63,608 nt of DNA, filler included, from Octopus bimaculoides (GCF_001194135.2; 9 parts of 8 records of this genome joined end to end with filler, not necessarily neighbours in it), one strand, 5' to 3'. Positions 45,859 through 58,742 are shown, counted from the whole stretch's first letter. The notes: a model not told the origin generated them from the sequence alone. A program made the numbers and translations.

Positions 45859-48298
45859 ACAACAAACAAGATGAGGACAAATATCCGTCAAATGTAAATA
45901 ATGTAAATAATTTATGTGAAATATTTCCATCGGTCGCAGAACATAGACACATATGATGCCACAAGTTGAAACTACTAAATATTGATATATTGTTATACAG
46001 TTCTTGAAATAGAGACATTTCAGTGTAGTAATATGCGTTTAGCAATAACAGAAAATCTTGTCTTTGCTCACTCAAAACGTTAAATACTATTTTCCTAGCG
46101 TTACATGCCTTCTGTCCCTTTCTGTTTTAAACTCCGCATCTATCACTGTCAGCTCATTCACTTCAGATTGAAAAGAATGTAGTCTGAGCGATCTTACTGG
46201 TCGAAGTGTAAACGATACAATCATTCTTGTAAATAATTAGCTTATTATTTCTATGCAAAAACCGTTGTTACACAAAGTGCTACTTTAGCAATGAACTTTC
46301 GGGCGATTATAATTAGGATTATCTTAACATTTATGATTATACAACCGCAACACTATTCAAACATAACTGGTTTGTTTTAAGATAAAGATTACAATTTGTA
46401 TGAAATCACTCCTTGAGTTATCTATAAATTTATTCACACACGTCCGCGCAGATATTTATACTCATAATATAATACTCCACGCGATACACATGTTGTATGC
46501 AATCACATTTGTATGCAAATATATACTCACTTGCACATACCCTCACACACATACACACAAATTTATTACTCATCTAACATGATACAATTGCTTCATCCTT
46601 TGTTTCTAGATTGCAAAAGTACATTTGTTATCTTACAATGTAAAGGTCTCTTTCCTCGTGCATCATTTTCAGTTGACTCTTTATACAAACAATCTGATAG
46701 TTTATGTTTCTATCTATACATCGTTAGACATTCTAATAAACAAATTCCTGTTTGGTAGTTACAATATATCTCTTCATTCATGAAATGTGGGCTACATTGA
46801 AGAGATATTTTTGCAAGTCACATCGGTAATTAAGTTTCCTGCCGAGAAATAGAACGAAGTTATACCAGAAGATATGAAAGCAATGTGGCAATAAGGTATG
46901 TGTGTGTATGTGTGTGTGTTTGTTACTGTATGTGTTTGTGTTTGAGTGTTTGTGTGTATGTGTGTGTGTGTGTGTGAATGAGTGAGAGTATTCATGCCTA
47001 TATGCATAGATGTAGCATAAGCAAATTGTTAACAAATGCATGCATGACATTTTGGTCAAGTATCATTCACCAAAGCCACAAATTATGTAGTAACGAATAA
47101 GAGAATTAATTTTTTTCTTATTTACCACTCGCAAATTAGGTGACACTTGACAAAACGAAATGTAGCAAAATCGGAAATCTGAGAATAGGATGTGCTGATT
47201 ATAATTTACAAGACACACATTCCAACTGTTTCCTATATTTTTATTACCGCATTGCAATAATCTTTGAGAGGCTGGATATAGTTAAGTAAATTCTATTAAA
47301 CATTTACTTTTTTGTAGTTTTGTTTAAATTTCATGTTTAAGATTATACTTTACTTCAAATTTAATGCTAATATTTACATTTTAAAATAGCAATTTACATA
47401 ATTGTAAAATGATTTCCAAAACTTATCGCAAATACTAATTTCCATATATTATGTCAAATGTCTTCTAAATTCCTGACAGTTTACACATATGCAAATTAGT
47501 ACTATTTGAACAACACTGATTATCAATTCTCAAAACTCTTGATAACAGTCATCCTTTATCCAAAACAGCTGGTATTAATCGGAAAGCAACTATAACATTA
47601 TGACCGTTCATTTCTTTTAATTCTTATCTCTCTAATGAATATAGGTCTCGTTTTATTAATTATACAAATTAATAACTCAGTTATGTCATCATTACCTGTT
47701 TTAACTTTAATTAACATTTCCTCAGCTTTTAATCATATAACAGTATCTTGGAAACAACTGTATAAATAATTGAAATTACTACAGACTAGACCTTACTTTA
47801 CAAGAGGTGTTACATGACATCGGAATTTTATATTATTTTGTATATACTTCAGCTCTGTTACAGCACCCCGATTAACGTTGGTATAAGTAAAATAAACAGC
47901 ACTATGATGAAATGACCAAATTTTCATAAATGCTGTTAACAAATCGGATGACATTGCAAACTATGACGTCATATAAATAGAAAATTTTCCATGTTACTCT
48001 AGCTTAATTGATTAGATAAATAATGTAACAGATTGTACTTTAGGATTATAAAAAGCCATCTAGTTACATTGTGCTTGAAGAGGGTTAGTGATATATATAC
48101 CTTTTCATTTAAAATTAGCTCCAGTTAATATATCATCACCAATTGGCATAGCTTTGCTGACCCAATCATTAGCATATTTTAATCATTCTAAAATAATAAT
48201 TAAGATGGATTCTCCTGCATGACTGTGTGCATGAATGTAAAAATAAATAATTTCTTCTATTTGTATTTTCAAATTTCACTCAATAGGTTATAGCCATG

Positions 48299-48415
48299 TT
48301 AATTAATAAATTGTTCCATTATTTGCTTGATCAATCCTTCAACTGGATCGTCGGCGTAATTTCGGCGCATCAGCGATCTGGTTGATAAAATGACTTTGTC
48401 AGATCTTTTGTTAAA
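48299..48415 (-). CDS. candidate terminal exon (FNKRSDKVILSTRSLMRRNYADDPVEGLIKQIMEQFIN*)
   Basis: Strong acceptor cctcatttgctttag|, 38 codons + TAA, CpG-rich island in AT-rich unique DNA, followed by about 2 kb of nearly repeat-free UTR-like sequence. Confidence 0.4.
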   Translation of the reverse strand, partial: FNKRSDKVILSTRSLMRRNYADDPVEGLIKQIMEQFIN

Positions 48416-48695
48416 CTAAAGCAAATGAGGCATGTCAACAATACCCATTTTGTCAACCCACTGCCCTGTATCCAACAGTTATCATACCACAATAATTCAC
48501 AATATTATCCAATTCAGAACTAACAACAAGCGTGCAATATTATTTATAAAGGTTTATTCTCACTTAATAAGTTATCCGTCTTTATATCGAAGCACCCTAT
48601 GTATGTATGTATGTATGTGTATGTGTGTGTCTATGTGTGTGCTTGCGTGTGTCTGTGATTATATATGTATGTACGTATGTATGTGTGTGTGCGTG

Positions 48696-48793
<98 letters not shown>

Positions 48794-48814
48794 TGTGTGT
48801 GTGTGTATAAGTAT

Positions 48815-49470
48815 GTCATTATTCGGTTTTATTCCGAGGCTCCTTGCCTATAGAGAAAGAGTCGGTTTTTAAGCTGGATCCAAAGCGCCTTCATTGGAAT
48901 TTCAACAACATCAAGAGGATAATTTTTATATGTGTGTATGTATGTATGTATATCTGAAAATGTATGCTTTGTTCTATGTATGTAGTCTCGTGCACATAGT
49001 TACATTCTAGACATTCTCATATGAACTTAACTGATAAACTACTAGAAGGCTCTACAGATTTTTGCAGTTCCACTGATAGCTTGGATCCGTAGTCTTCGAA
49101 TCAGCTTTCTCCTCTCTGGTTTTGAGATGCCGAATTTCTCAAGATTGGTATTTAGGCAGTGTGTTACATATCTCAGTACCCCAACTATTACATGTATAAA
49201 CATGAACATGTAATCTAGACAGAGTAGCTGTAGATCCCTGAATATTTCAGCTTGAATATTTTCTTTTTCACTAATCTTTAGCATTATGTTAACATTCCTT
49301 CGGCGGCTAATTTCCACAACTGTACAAAGTTTCTCTTCTCTATCCCAAATTACTATGTCAGGTCTATTATGTTTACATTTTAATAGGGCTTTCACGGGGA
49401 CGTTCCACCAGTACTGCTTTTCATTATGGTTAGCTATGGCCCCTACCACATCATGTCTCATTGGGAGATA
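48815..49470 (-). mobile_element. R4/Dong-type LINE 3' end (same family as the 33-35 kb array)
   Basis: HNRPDIVIWDREEKLCTVVEIS...EKEN...LQLL...VIVG...RRKLIRRL; same 3' UTR, ending at a CA/TA microsatellite. Confidence 0.9.
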
Positions 49471-49618
49471 ATACCGTGATGATATTTTCGTATATACATA
49501 TATATATATATATATATANNNNNNNNNNNNNNNNNNNNNNNNNNNNNNNNNNNNNNNNNNNNTTAATTAATTAANNNNNNNNNNNNNNNNNNNNNNNNNN
49601 NNNNNNNNNNNNNNNNNN

Positions 49619-49815
49619 TTGTGCCTGTAATTCAAAGGGGTCAGCCTTGTCACACTCTGTGTCACGCTGAATATCCCCCCCCGAGAACTACGTTAAGGGT
49701 ACACGTGTCTGTGGAGTGCTCAGCCACTTGCTCGTTAATTTCACGAGCAGGCTATTCCGTTGATCGGATCAACTGGAACCCTCGTCGTCGTAACCGACGG
49801 AGTGCCAACAACAAC
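49619..49815 (+). mobile_element. SINE-like family C
   Basis: Ends gtgccaacaacaac. Confidence 0.85.
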
Positions 49816-50517
49816 GATGATCGAGTTATCTCTTCCTCCGAGAGAATTGACGATTGAGTTATCGCCCCTGAAATAGTCCACCACAAAACAGAAAAAAAAA
49901 AAATTAGCAGGAAAAGTTAGGTTTAAGAGTCTCAATTTTCATAAGAATTAACAGAGGAGTGGATATAAAAATAGCGTGATTGACTCGAGTTGTGTGCTTA
50001 ATGTTCTAAGAAACTTCCACTTGTTGCTTTAGTATAATAATCCTGTCTACTAAAGGCTTGGATTTAGTAGTTGACCTCGGTAGACGAAATTTTCGTTGGG
50101 TGATTAACCATTGTGTCAGCTCACTACTGTATTAATAATAATAAAAAAACAAAACGTATTTTTTCATGTTTGTTTATTTCAATTTAATTCCCATGCAAAA
50201 ATGGGCAATTAGTATACATATATCATTAGAAAAACTGAAAAAAATAAAACAAAGAAATATATGGAAATAAAATAAATATACATGTTTTTATAAAAAACCC
50301 ACACGACTTGCCACTCATTNNNNNNNNNNACAGTCTGATGTGGACTCCTGCTTTGGGTAGTCAACTTCTGACGTAGTCTGAAAACGCACCTTTCTTACCT
50401 TACCCCGGCCTCAATGTAAGGAAACGGTGCCAGTTATGTACACCAGTTATCAGTCTCCTCAAGCATGGCATATCGCCAAAGCTCTTGGATCACTTATCGT
50501 TTATAGGCATATATATA

Positions 50518-50745
50518 TACTAATTCTTTATTGCCCACAAGGGGCTAAACATAGAGAGGACAAACAAGGACAGACAAAGGGACTAAGTCGATTACATCGA
50601 CCCCAGTGTGTAACTGGTACTTATTCAATCGACCCCGAAAGGATGAAAGGCAAAGTCAACCTTGGTGGAATTTGAACTCAGAACATAATGGCAGGCGAAA
50701 TACCGTTAAGCATTTCACCTGGCGTGCTAACGATTCTGCCATCTC
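50518..50745 (-). mobile_element. SINE family B
   Basis: Matches 37868-38100. Confidence 0.9.
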
Positions 50746-51438
50746 CCTATTTAATTTTTTACACACACACACACATGTGAGTGTGTGTATGTGTGTATGT
50801 ATATAAAGTTATATAGGAATAAAAATAGGTAGTCTGCTGGATAGGCAGACAGAAAGATGGCCATACAGACAGACAGAGGTACAGAAAGATGGCCATACAG
50901 ACAGACAGAGGTACAAAAAGATGTAGAGATAGCTGAGATTAACAGTTAGAAGAGACAGACAGACAGACGAGACAGATACAGAAAACCTGCTGGGTACAGC
51001 AGACAGACAGACAGACAGAAAGAATGATAGACATGTAGATATACAGATAGATAGGTAGTCTGCTGGGCAGGTAGACAAAGAGGTAGAATAGGTAGGTAAG
51101 AAGATAAATAGTTTGAAAGGGTGACTCAATCTATGCCATACAAATTAAACAACTGGCTTCACATACGCTGAACCAATGGAGCCCAACATTATACAGACCT
51201 GTGTCCTATTTAGCTTGTCGGTGTTTAAGGTCACTATAGCAGATGGTCGTCTGGTTGTTGATATGATTATCTGCTGCATGGCCATGCCAACCTCTGTTGA
51301 ATACGTTGGTGATGATTGTCTGGCACGAACAAGTGGACTTTTAAGTGATTAGGTCAGAGTAGAATGGAGTGTAACCCCTTCTTACAACACAGCAACTTTC
51401 TCTAGGCTTTCATATTGTCAGTACTATTACAACACACA

Positions 51439-51569
51439 TGTTCTTCTTCAAAAAGAATATTATTGACAGTAACTTCGAAATTTTGACCAGCTCAGCCTTC
51501 ATCTGAGGACGGCGTAGCTGGTTGAATCTTCAAAGTCACTGTCAAAAATATTCTTGTTGAAGAAGAACA
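51439..51569. repeat. 131-bp imperfect palindrome
   Basis: 54-bp arms, 46/54 matching; the loop is itself partly symmetric about 51504. Confidence 0.9.
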
Positions 51570-51684
51570 AACTTGAACTTTACCAAAAGTTGAGAGTAAC
51601 TCATCAGATTAATGTAAAATGGTTTTTATTTTAATTGAACAGAGACACAAATATACACACATGAAAATGTACATATGTGCATGC

Positions 51685-51734
<50 letters not shown>

Positions 51735-51735
<1 letters not shown>

Positions 51736-52313
51736 TAAAAGGGGAAGTCAAAAATTATCTGCACTTTTGCTATAACCTATCTTTATTAGTCTTATTCCCT
51801 TCTGCACTTGTGTTCTTATAGTTGGTATTACTGTCATGCAATCTAAGTTTGAGCCTTATTGCACCATTTTCCTTTCTGGCTTTACCGTGTAAGCACGGCC
51901 ACTCCACTAGCAATGTGCATCAAAGAAGAACAAAGAGCAACGATCCAATTTCTCTGATCGAAATGTGTGTCAGGAGCTGAAATTCATCAAAGGCTTTCAG
52001 TACAATACGGGGGACAGTGTACTACTGCATAGAAGTGTATATGAGTGGATCGAGAAGTTCAAAAGTGGCCAGACAAACATGATGCACGAAGAGGGAGCAG
52101 GATACCTGTCAACCTCCACCACTGCCGAGAAGACACAGCAAGCTTGAGAGCTGGTTCACCGTTACTATCACTTAGATCACTGCTCTTTGTTCTTCATTGA
52201 ATGGAGTGACCATGCTTACACTATAAAGCCAGAAAGGAAAATGGTGCAATCAGGCTCAAACACTGATCAAATGACCACAGTAGTACCGACTGTATGCACA
52301 CAGGTGCAGAAGG
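51735..52313 (+). mobile_element. mariner relic with long secondary inverted repeats
   Basis: EEQRATIQFL..CVSGAEIHQRLSVQYGDSVLLHRSVYEWIEKFKSG (mariner HTH); IRs at 51798-51945 and 52175-52313. Confidence 0.85.
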
Positions 52314-52328
52314 CATATATTATATATT

Positions 52329-52690
52329 ATATATTAGCTTTGAAGTTTCAGTGATGTGATTCCTTATTTTTTAGAATGACATTGTATGATAGGTGTAAGA
52401 GGCCAGATGTGGCCAATTTGAACATAAAATGTGCAGAATGTTTGACCTGGATATGACTAGTTTGAAAACTAAAGGATTAACCTTCAGCATTCAGAATATT
52501 CTGTCAAATGTAATCCTTATTTATTGTTTTGAATTAATCATGGATTATCTCGTAGCTTTGAGACTTTGATTGTCTATTTTTAGAATGACAGTGTAAGTTA
52601 AGTGAGAAAGGCCAAATATGGTCAGTTTGAATATATAATGGGTAGAACATTTTGGCTGGATATGACTGGTTTAAGCTCTAAAAAGTTGAA
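52329..52690 (+). mobile_element. two tandem copies of a TTAA-bounded short element (piggyBac/Kolobok-like MITE)
   Basis: ttttagaatgaca...gaggccaga..tttgaa..ggatatgact occurs twice; junction ctaaaggaTTAAccttcag at 52477. Confidence 0.65.
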
Positions 52691-52972
52691 GGGGCTCAAG
52701 TCCCGACCATAATGTTGTTTGGTTCAAATCTTACTCCTGGACGACAACATATTGTAGCCAAACAAAGGATCCCAAATCCTTGTCAAAATACTGTAGGTTC
52801 AAACCGTACTGCGCGATAATGCCCCACAGATTCTTAAAGACCCTGCCCTAAGGAGGTTTGATTTTCTTTTCCNNNNNNNNNNNNNNNNNNNNNNNNNNNN
52901 NNNNNNNNNNNNNNNNTTAATTAATTAANNNNNNNNNNNNNNNNNNNNNNNNNNNNNNNNNNNNNNNNNNNN

Positions 52973-52989
<17 letters not shown>

Positions 52990-53014
<25 letters not shown>

Positions 53015-53180
53015 GCACAAAATGGGTTTCCGCACAGTTTTCGTCCACTTGATTCGCTGACAAACCTTTGCTCGGCTTGGGGGCTGTCGTAGAACACACT
53101 TGCTTAAAATATCGTGCAGTAGGACTGAACGTGAATTCCCGTGATTACAAAGCAAAATCCTTAACCACACAGCTATGCCT
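52990..53180 (-). mobile_element. SINE family A, degenerate 5' half
   Basis: gtagaacacacttgc...ggactgaac...ttaaccacacagc. Confidence 0.75.
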
Positions 53181-53199
53181 TATAATCACTGTCAAAGCT

Positions 53200-53470
53200 C
53201 TATAGCTGATGTTTCAGTATTTCAGTGTAAAACGACCTAGACGTGGAATTGCGCTGCCGTTTAAGCTTGTTGCATATCCATGTTTGACTGCGACGTTTGG
53301 CAAACTTCCATGTGAATAAAATTCCAAAATCGAAAAATGTTCTCTTGTAAATAAATATACTCTTTGTGGTGTATAACTTCCTGTTCCGGCAGAAGAATTG
53401 AATCTTGTCGAAATCTTCATCCAACTGCGGGAATTATAGAAGCGCAGTCGCCATTTTTTCCACATCTCGT
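53200..53470 (-). mobile_element. possible Tc1/mariner N-terminal relic
   Basis: YTPQR...EHFSILEFY weakly resembles Tc1-like N-termini. Confidence 0.25.
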
Positions 53471-53966
53471 CTTCTATTATTCATGGATTTTCATCTGGCC
53501 AAAGGGATGTTTGTATATAGTCAAAATAGTAGAAACAACTTCTGGAAGTTCTGTTTATAAGAGATAAATGACTTGTTATTCTCATGAACCTTTGTCGAAC
53601 AAAAAATGGTAATAATGCAAAGGTTGTTATATTAATGCTTAGACATAATATAACAACATTTATCGAGCAATACAACAAACTTAAAATGACAATTCAAAAT
53701 CTAAGGAATATCTGAAATCCTAAATTTCACAATATTATGTATAGGATATTTTTATAGTGAAATATCGGTCGTATACAATATATTATAGAGAAAGATGGAA
53801 AAGTACGAAACAGTTTTGTATACCTGTATGAAATCATATACATACATACACACACACACATACAAATATATATTTACACACAGAGAAAGAGAAAAAGAGA
53901 GAATGGTGGAGAGAGAGGAATAGCTAGAAGATGCATGTATGAGTATATATATATATATACGTATAC

Positions 53967-53997
<31 letters not shown>

Positions 53998-54798
53998 NNN
54001 NNNNNNNNNNNNNNNNNNNNNNNNNNNNNNNNNNNNNNNNNNNNNNNNNNNNNNNNNNNNNNNNNNNNNNNNNNNNNNNNNNNNNNNNNNNNNNNNNNNN
54101 NNNNNNNNNNNNNNNNNNNNNNNNNNNNNNNNNNNNNNNNNNNNNNNNNNNNNNNNNNNNNNNNNNNNNNNNNNNNNNNNNNNNNNNNNNNNNNNNNNNN
54201 NNNNNNNNNNNNNNNNNNNNNNNNNNNNNNNNNNNNNNNNNNNNNNNNNNNNNNNNNNNNNNNNNNNNNNNNNNNNNNNNNNNNNNNNNNNNNNNNNNNN
54301 NNNNNNNNNNNNNNNNNNNNNNNNNNNNNNNNNNNNNNNNNNNNNNNNNNNNNNNNNNNNNNNNNNNNNNNNNNNNNNNNNNNNNNNNNNNNNNNNNNNN
54401 NNNNNNNNNNNNNNNNNNNNNNNNNNNNNNNNNNNNNNNNNNNNNNNNNNNNNNNNNNNNNNNNNNNNNNNNNNNNNNNNNNNNNNNNNNNNNNNNNNNN
54501 NNNNNNNNNNNNNNNNNNNNNNNNNNNNNNNNNNNNNNNNNNNNNNNNNNNNNNNNNNNNNNNNNNNNNNNNNNNNNNNNNNNNNNNNNNNNNNNNNNNN
54601 NNNNNNNNNNNNNNNNNNNNNNNNNNNNNNNNNNNNNNNNNNNNNNNNNNNNNNNNNNNNNNNNNNNNNNNNNNNNNNNNNNNNNNNNNNNNNNNNNNNN
54701 NNNNNNNNNNNNNNNNNNNNNNNNNNNNNNNNNNNNNNNNNNNNNNNNNNNNNNNNNNNNNNNNNNNNNNNNNNNNNNNNNNNNNNNNNNNNNNNNNN

Positions 54799-54839
<41 letters not shown>

Positions 54840-55072
54840 ACACACAAACACACACTCATGCAAAAAGACATAGAGACACTAACATACACGCGTGCGGACA
54901 CACGTAAAGACACACGCGCAGAGATTCAGACACGTATAGGTAGGTATATACAATCATATACACATAGACACGCATATAAATATATATACCCTCACTTTTA
55001 CACACACATAAATATATTGTGAACACATCTGTGAATATATGAATATATTGTATGTACACACGCATATATATG

Positions 55073-55104
<32 letters not shown>

Positions 55105-55851
55105 NNNNNNNNNNNNNNNNNNNNNNNNNNNNNNNNNNNNNNNNNNNNNNNNNNNNNNNNNNNNNNNNNNNNNNNNNNNNNNNNNNNNNNNNNNNNNNNN
55201 NNNNNNNNNNNNNNNNNNNNNNNNNNNNNNNNNNNNNNNNNNNNNNNNNNNNNNNNNNNNNNNNNNNNNNNNNNNNNNNNNNNNNNNNNNNNNNNNNNNN
55301 NNNNNNNNNNNNNNNNNNNATATGTATATACATATATACATACACATATGTGTGCATATACATACACATATATATGTATACATGCATAAACTCACACAGA
55401 CACACACACACATATATATATATATACGTACACACATACAAACATATTTTGTACGACGTCTCTAAACATTCAGAAACTAGTCTTGTTAGGAAAAAATATT
55501 ATTTATAGCAAGAGAAAAAAAGGAGATGGAAAGAAAAAGATATACGAAAATCAATAAATAAATTTGTATAACGCACAAAAGGACAGGCTTAGTTTGCATA
55601 GAAGTGCCAAGTAAAGGCTTGAAAATATTCTACAAAATGCAACAGATATAATATTCCTTTTATATCGTAACAAATTTTAGAAAAGGGTACTTAGAGAAAA
55701 TAATAATAATGCTAAAACCAGTAAGTGGTACGATAATTATAGGTTTGAGAGAATAACGTTTGTAGCTGCAAAATCCAATATTAAAATAGCTAATGGATTT
55801 AGGAAATGTTCTGAGAAACCAATCTCATTATGTAGATCGTGGAAAAGAAAA

Positions 55852-56000
55852 TTGGGTGGTTAAGAAGCTTGCTTGCTAATAACGTGGATTCGGTTCCAGT
55901 TCCACTGCGTGGCACCTCATACAAGTGGCTTCCGCTGTAGATCCGGGCTGACCAACGCCTTCTGAGTGAATTTTGTAGATGGAATCTGTGTGAAAACCCA
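55852..56000 (+). mobile_element. SINE family A 5' half
   Basis: tggttaagaagcttgc...ccactgcgtggcacc...ccgggctgaccaa. Confidence 0.8.
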
Positions 56001-57103
56001 TTGCGTGCCAGCGCGTGTGTGCGCGCGCATGTGCGTGTGTGTGCTTGTCATAGGTTGATAGAAAGACTTTCTATCAGCCCTTTCACGCTTACTTCGTTCA
56101 TTCCACTCTTCGCTCTTTCGTTCCCCCTCTCTCACATTTCCTTGCCTTCTCTCCATGCTCACTTTCCCTCCTCTTTTCACTTCACTGTGTTCCTGTCATT
56201 TTTTCGCGCCCCTCCTTATTTCTTCTGTCCCTTTGCCTCTACCTCTCACTCTTCTCTCCCCCACGTGACCGGTGTTTGGCCAAGCCTGACCTTTCTTTCT
56301 TGGTTCGGCCGCCGTCCGTGCAACATCTATATTCGTCCCTGTGCCTGTGAAATCTTGTATCCCTGCCGTAAGACTTTACTTAATTTAATTCGTCCTTAGT
56401 CGAAAGACACCTGTTGTTATGTCCTGTTATTTGTATTTGTGTAACATTCTCCGTTTTTTCCATCCTTGTTTTCGTATACATTTGCTGCCTTCTTCCAAGG
56501 AATCTAATGCTCTTAGCTTAATTTTTCCTTGGGGCTGGCCAGATTGGAGCAATCTCGAGTATAACCAGCTGAAATTGCAAAGATAATCTGGAACTAATCT
56601 AAAATCTCTCCATAGATATTTAGGGCTATGAAGAACACACTATATATCAAAGCGAGGCGAATATCACTGCACCAGTGGTTCACAGTTTGTAAGCAGTTGT
56701 ACTCCACCACATACACACATAATTAAGCTTGCATCTAGTCAAATACGTAAAACATTGCCTACAGACATAAATATTCTAGCAGATCTGTACCCATACGTAC
56801 ACATAAGCGTGCACACAAACACCAACACATCACTCACATACTAATGAACGCATTTTCTGTTATATACCAACAATATAAGATTTCAAATTGAATTAAGAAG
56901 TTGTTTCGGGTTTCATTGTAACAATCGTGTTGCTCTGAAGGAAATTTAGGAAATGGAAGGAAAAGTGCAAATGTAAACTAAACATCGTGGGTTATTTCCA
57001 CATGTTAAATAATCTGTATTGATCAACATAATAAAGGGAATTGACTCAACCTGCAAGAAACAGCAGCCGAATCTCTTTCAAATCACACCCTGTCCATACT
57101 CAC

Positions 57104-57113
57104 CAATGTAATC
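57104..57113 (-). CDS. candidate 10-nt microexon GATTACATTG
   Basis: ctttcgtttgcttgcatatacag| GATTACATTG |GTGAGT. Confidence 0.3.
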
Positions 57114-57159
57114 CTGTATATGCAAGCAAACGAAAGATACTATGTGTATAAGTAAAGGC

Positions 57160-57406
57160 CTGACTGTGTGAAATGATGCTCGTTTTGCTTCCACGTGGTT
57201 TTTGGTACAGCAAGTGTCTTCTACTATAGCCCCGAGTCGACCAGTGTGTTATGAGTGAACCTAGTAGACGGAAAATGTGAAGAAGCCCGTCGTGTATAAA
57301 TTGGAGTGGCTGTGTGGCAAGAAGCTTGCTTTCCAAAAACATGGTACCGGGTTCAGTCCCACTGGGTGGCACCTTGCGCAAGTATCTTCTACTATAGCCT
57401 TGGGCT
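57160..57406 (+). mobile_element. two tandem SINE family A 5' halves
   Basis: caagtgtcttctactatagcc block repeated at about 57211 and 57380. Confidence 0.8.
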
Positions 57407-58002
57407 NNNNNNNNNNNNNNNNNNNNNNNNNNNNNNNNNNNNNNNNNNNNNNNNNNNNNNNNNNNNNNNNNNNNNNNNNNNNNNNNNNNNNNNNNNNNNN
57501 NNNNNNNNNNNNNNNNNNNNNNNNNNNNNNNNNNNNNNNNNNNNNNNNNNNNNNNNNNNNNNNNNNNNNNNNNNNNNNNNNNNNNNNNNNNNNNNNNNNN
57601 NNNNNNNNNNNNNNNNNNNNNNNNNNNNNNNNNNNNNNNNNNNNNNNNNNNNNNNNNNNNNNNNNNNNNNNNNNNNNNNNNNNNNNNNNNNNNNNNNNNN
57701 NNNNNNNNNNNNNNNNNNNNNNNNNNNNNNNNNNNNNNNNNNNNNNNNNNNNNNNNNNNNNNNNNNNNNNNNNNNNNNNNNNNNNNNNNNNNNNNNNNNN
57801 NNNNNNNNNNNNNNNNNNNNNNNNNNNNNNNNNNNNNNNNNNNNNNNNNNNNNNNNNNNNNNNNNNNNNNNNNNNNNNNNNNNNNNNNNNNNNNNNNNNN
57901 NNNNNNNNNNNNNNNNNNNNNNNNNNNNNNNNNNNNNNNNNNNNNNNNNNNNNNNNNNNNNNNNNNNNNNNNNNNNNNNNNNNNNNNNNNNNNNNNNNNN
58001 NN

Positions 58003-58140
58003 TAGCACGTGAAATTAACGTGCAAGTAGCACGTGAAATTAACGTGCACTCCACAGACACGTGTACCCCTAACGCAGTTCTCGGGGACATTCAGTGTAAC
58101 ACAGAATATGACAAACTTAACCCTTTTAAATTACAACTCA
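58003..58140 (-). mobile_element. SINE-like family C fragment with 24-bp tandem duplication
   Basis: tagcacgtgaaattaacgtgc twice; ctccacagacacgtgtaccc. Confidence 0.8.
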
Positions 58141-58379
58141 TTTTTGCCAGGTGAATGGACATACACACATACATGCATACATTCATATGTGCGTACTCAC
58201 GCACGCACGCACGCACGTATGTATGTATGTATGTATGTATGTATGTATGTACGTACGTACGTATGTATGCATGTATGTATGTATGTATGTATGCATGCAT
58301 GTATGTATGTATGTATGTATGTATGTATGTATGTATGTATGTGCGTTTGACTTTGTGTTGGCTTATTTGGGTCCGGTTC

Positions 58380-58742
58380 GGCAAAAGAGAATGTGGTAAG
58401 TACCACACCTAAAACTTAACACTGGAACCGACTAAACCCGTCAAACAAACTAGCTTCAGTACTTATTTTTTTAAAAATCTGGTACTTACTCTATTGGGCC
58501 CTTTTGCCGACCCACTATGCTACGACAACGTAAACAAACCAGCTCCAGTTGTCAAACGGTGACGCGGAACAAACACAAGCACAAAGATACATCTAAACAA
58601 ATATCTATGTGTATGACGGGCTTCCACGCAGTTTCCTTATATATCAAATTCGCTCACAAGGTGTTGGTCATCCAGGAGCTATAGTAGAAGACACTGAACC
58701 CGTAGTTGCGATGCAAAGTTCTTAACCACACAGCCATGCCGG
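58380..58742 (-). mobile_element. SINE family A, degenerate
   Basis: gtacttactctatt..cttttgccga; gacgggcttcc; ctatagtagaagacac; accacacagccatgcc. Confidence 0.8.

Larger units (their letters stand above)
44502..45912 (-). mobile_element. Penelope-like element family A, 5'-truncated, with inverted terminal repeats
   Basis: LLDHVNTINPSTQFTM..LAFLDVLI; FRTSVYRKPTFTGRYLNFNSHHP; CLPYVKGLSEKL; NCVYSIPCSCGRSYKGET.R...EH (GIY-YIG); pLTR at 44502-44750 (-) and 45605-45912 (+). Confidence 0.95.
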
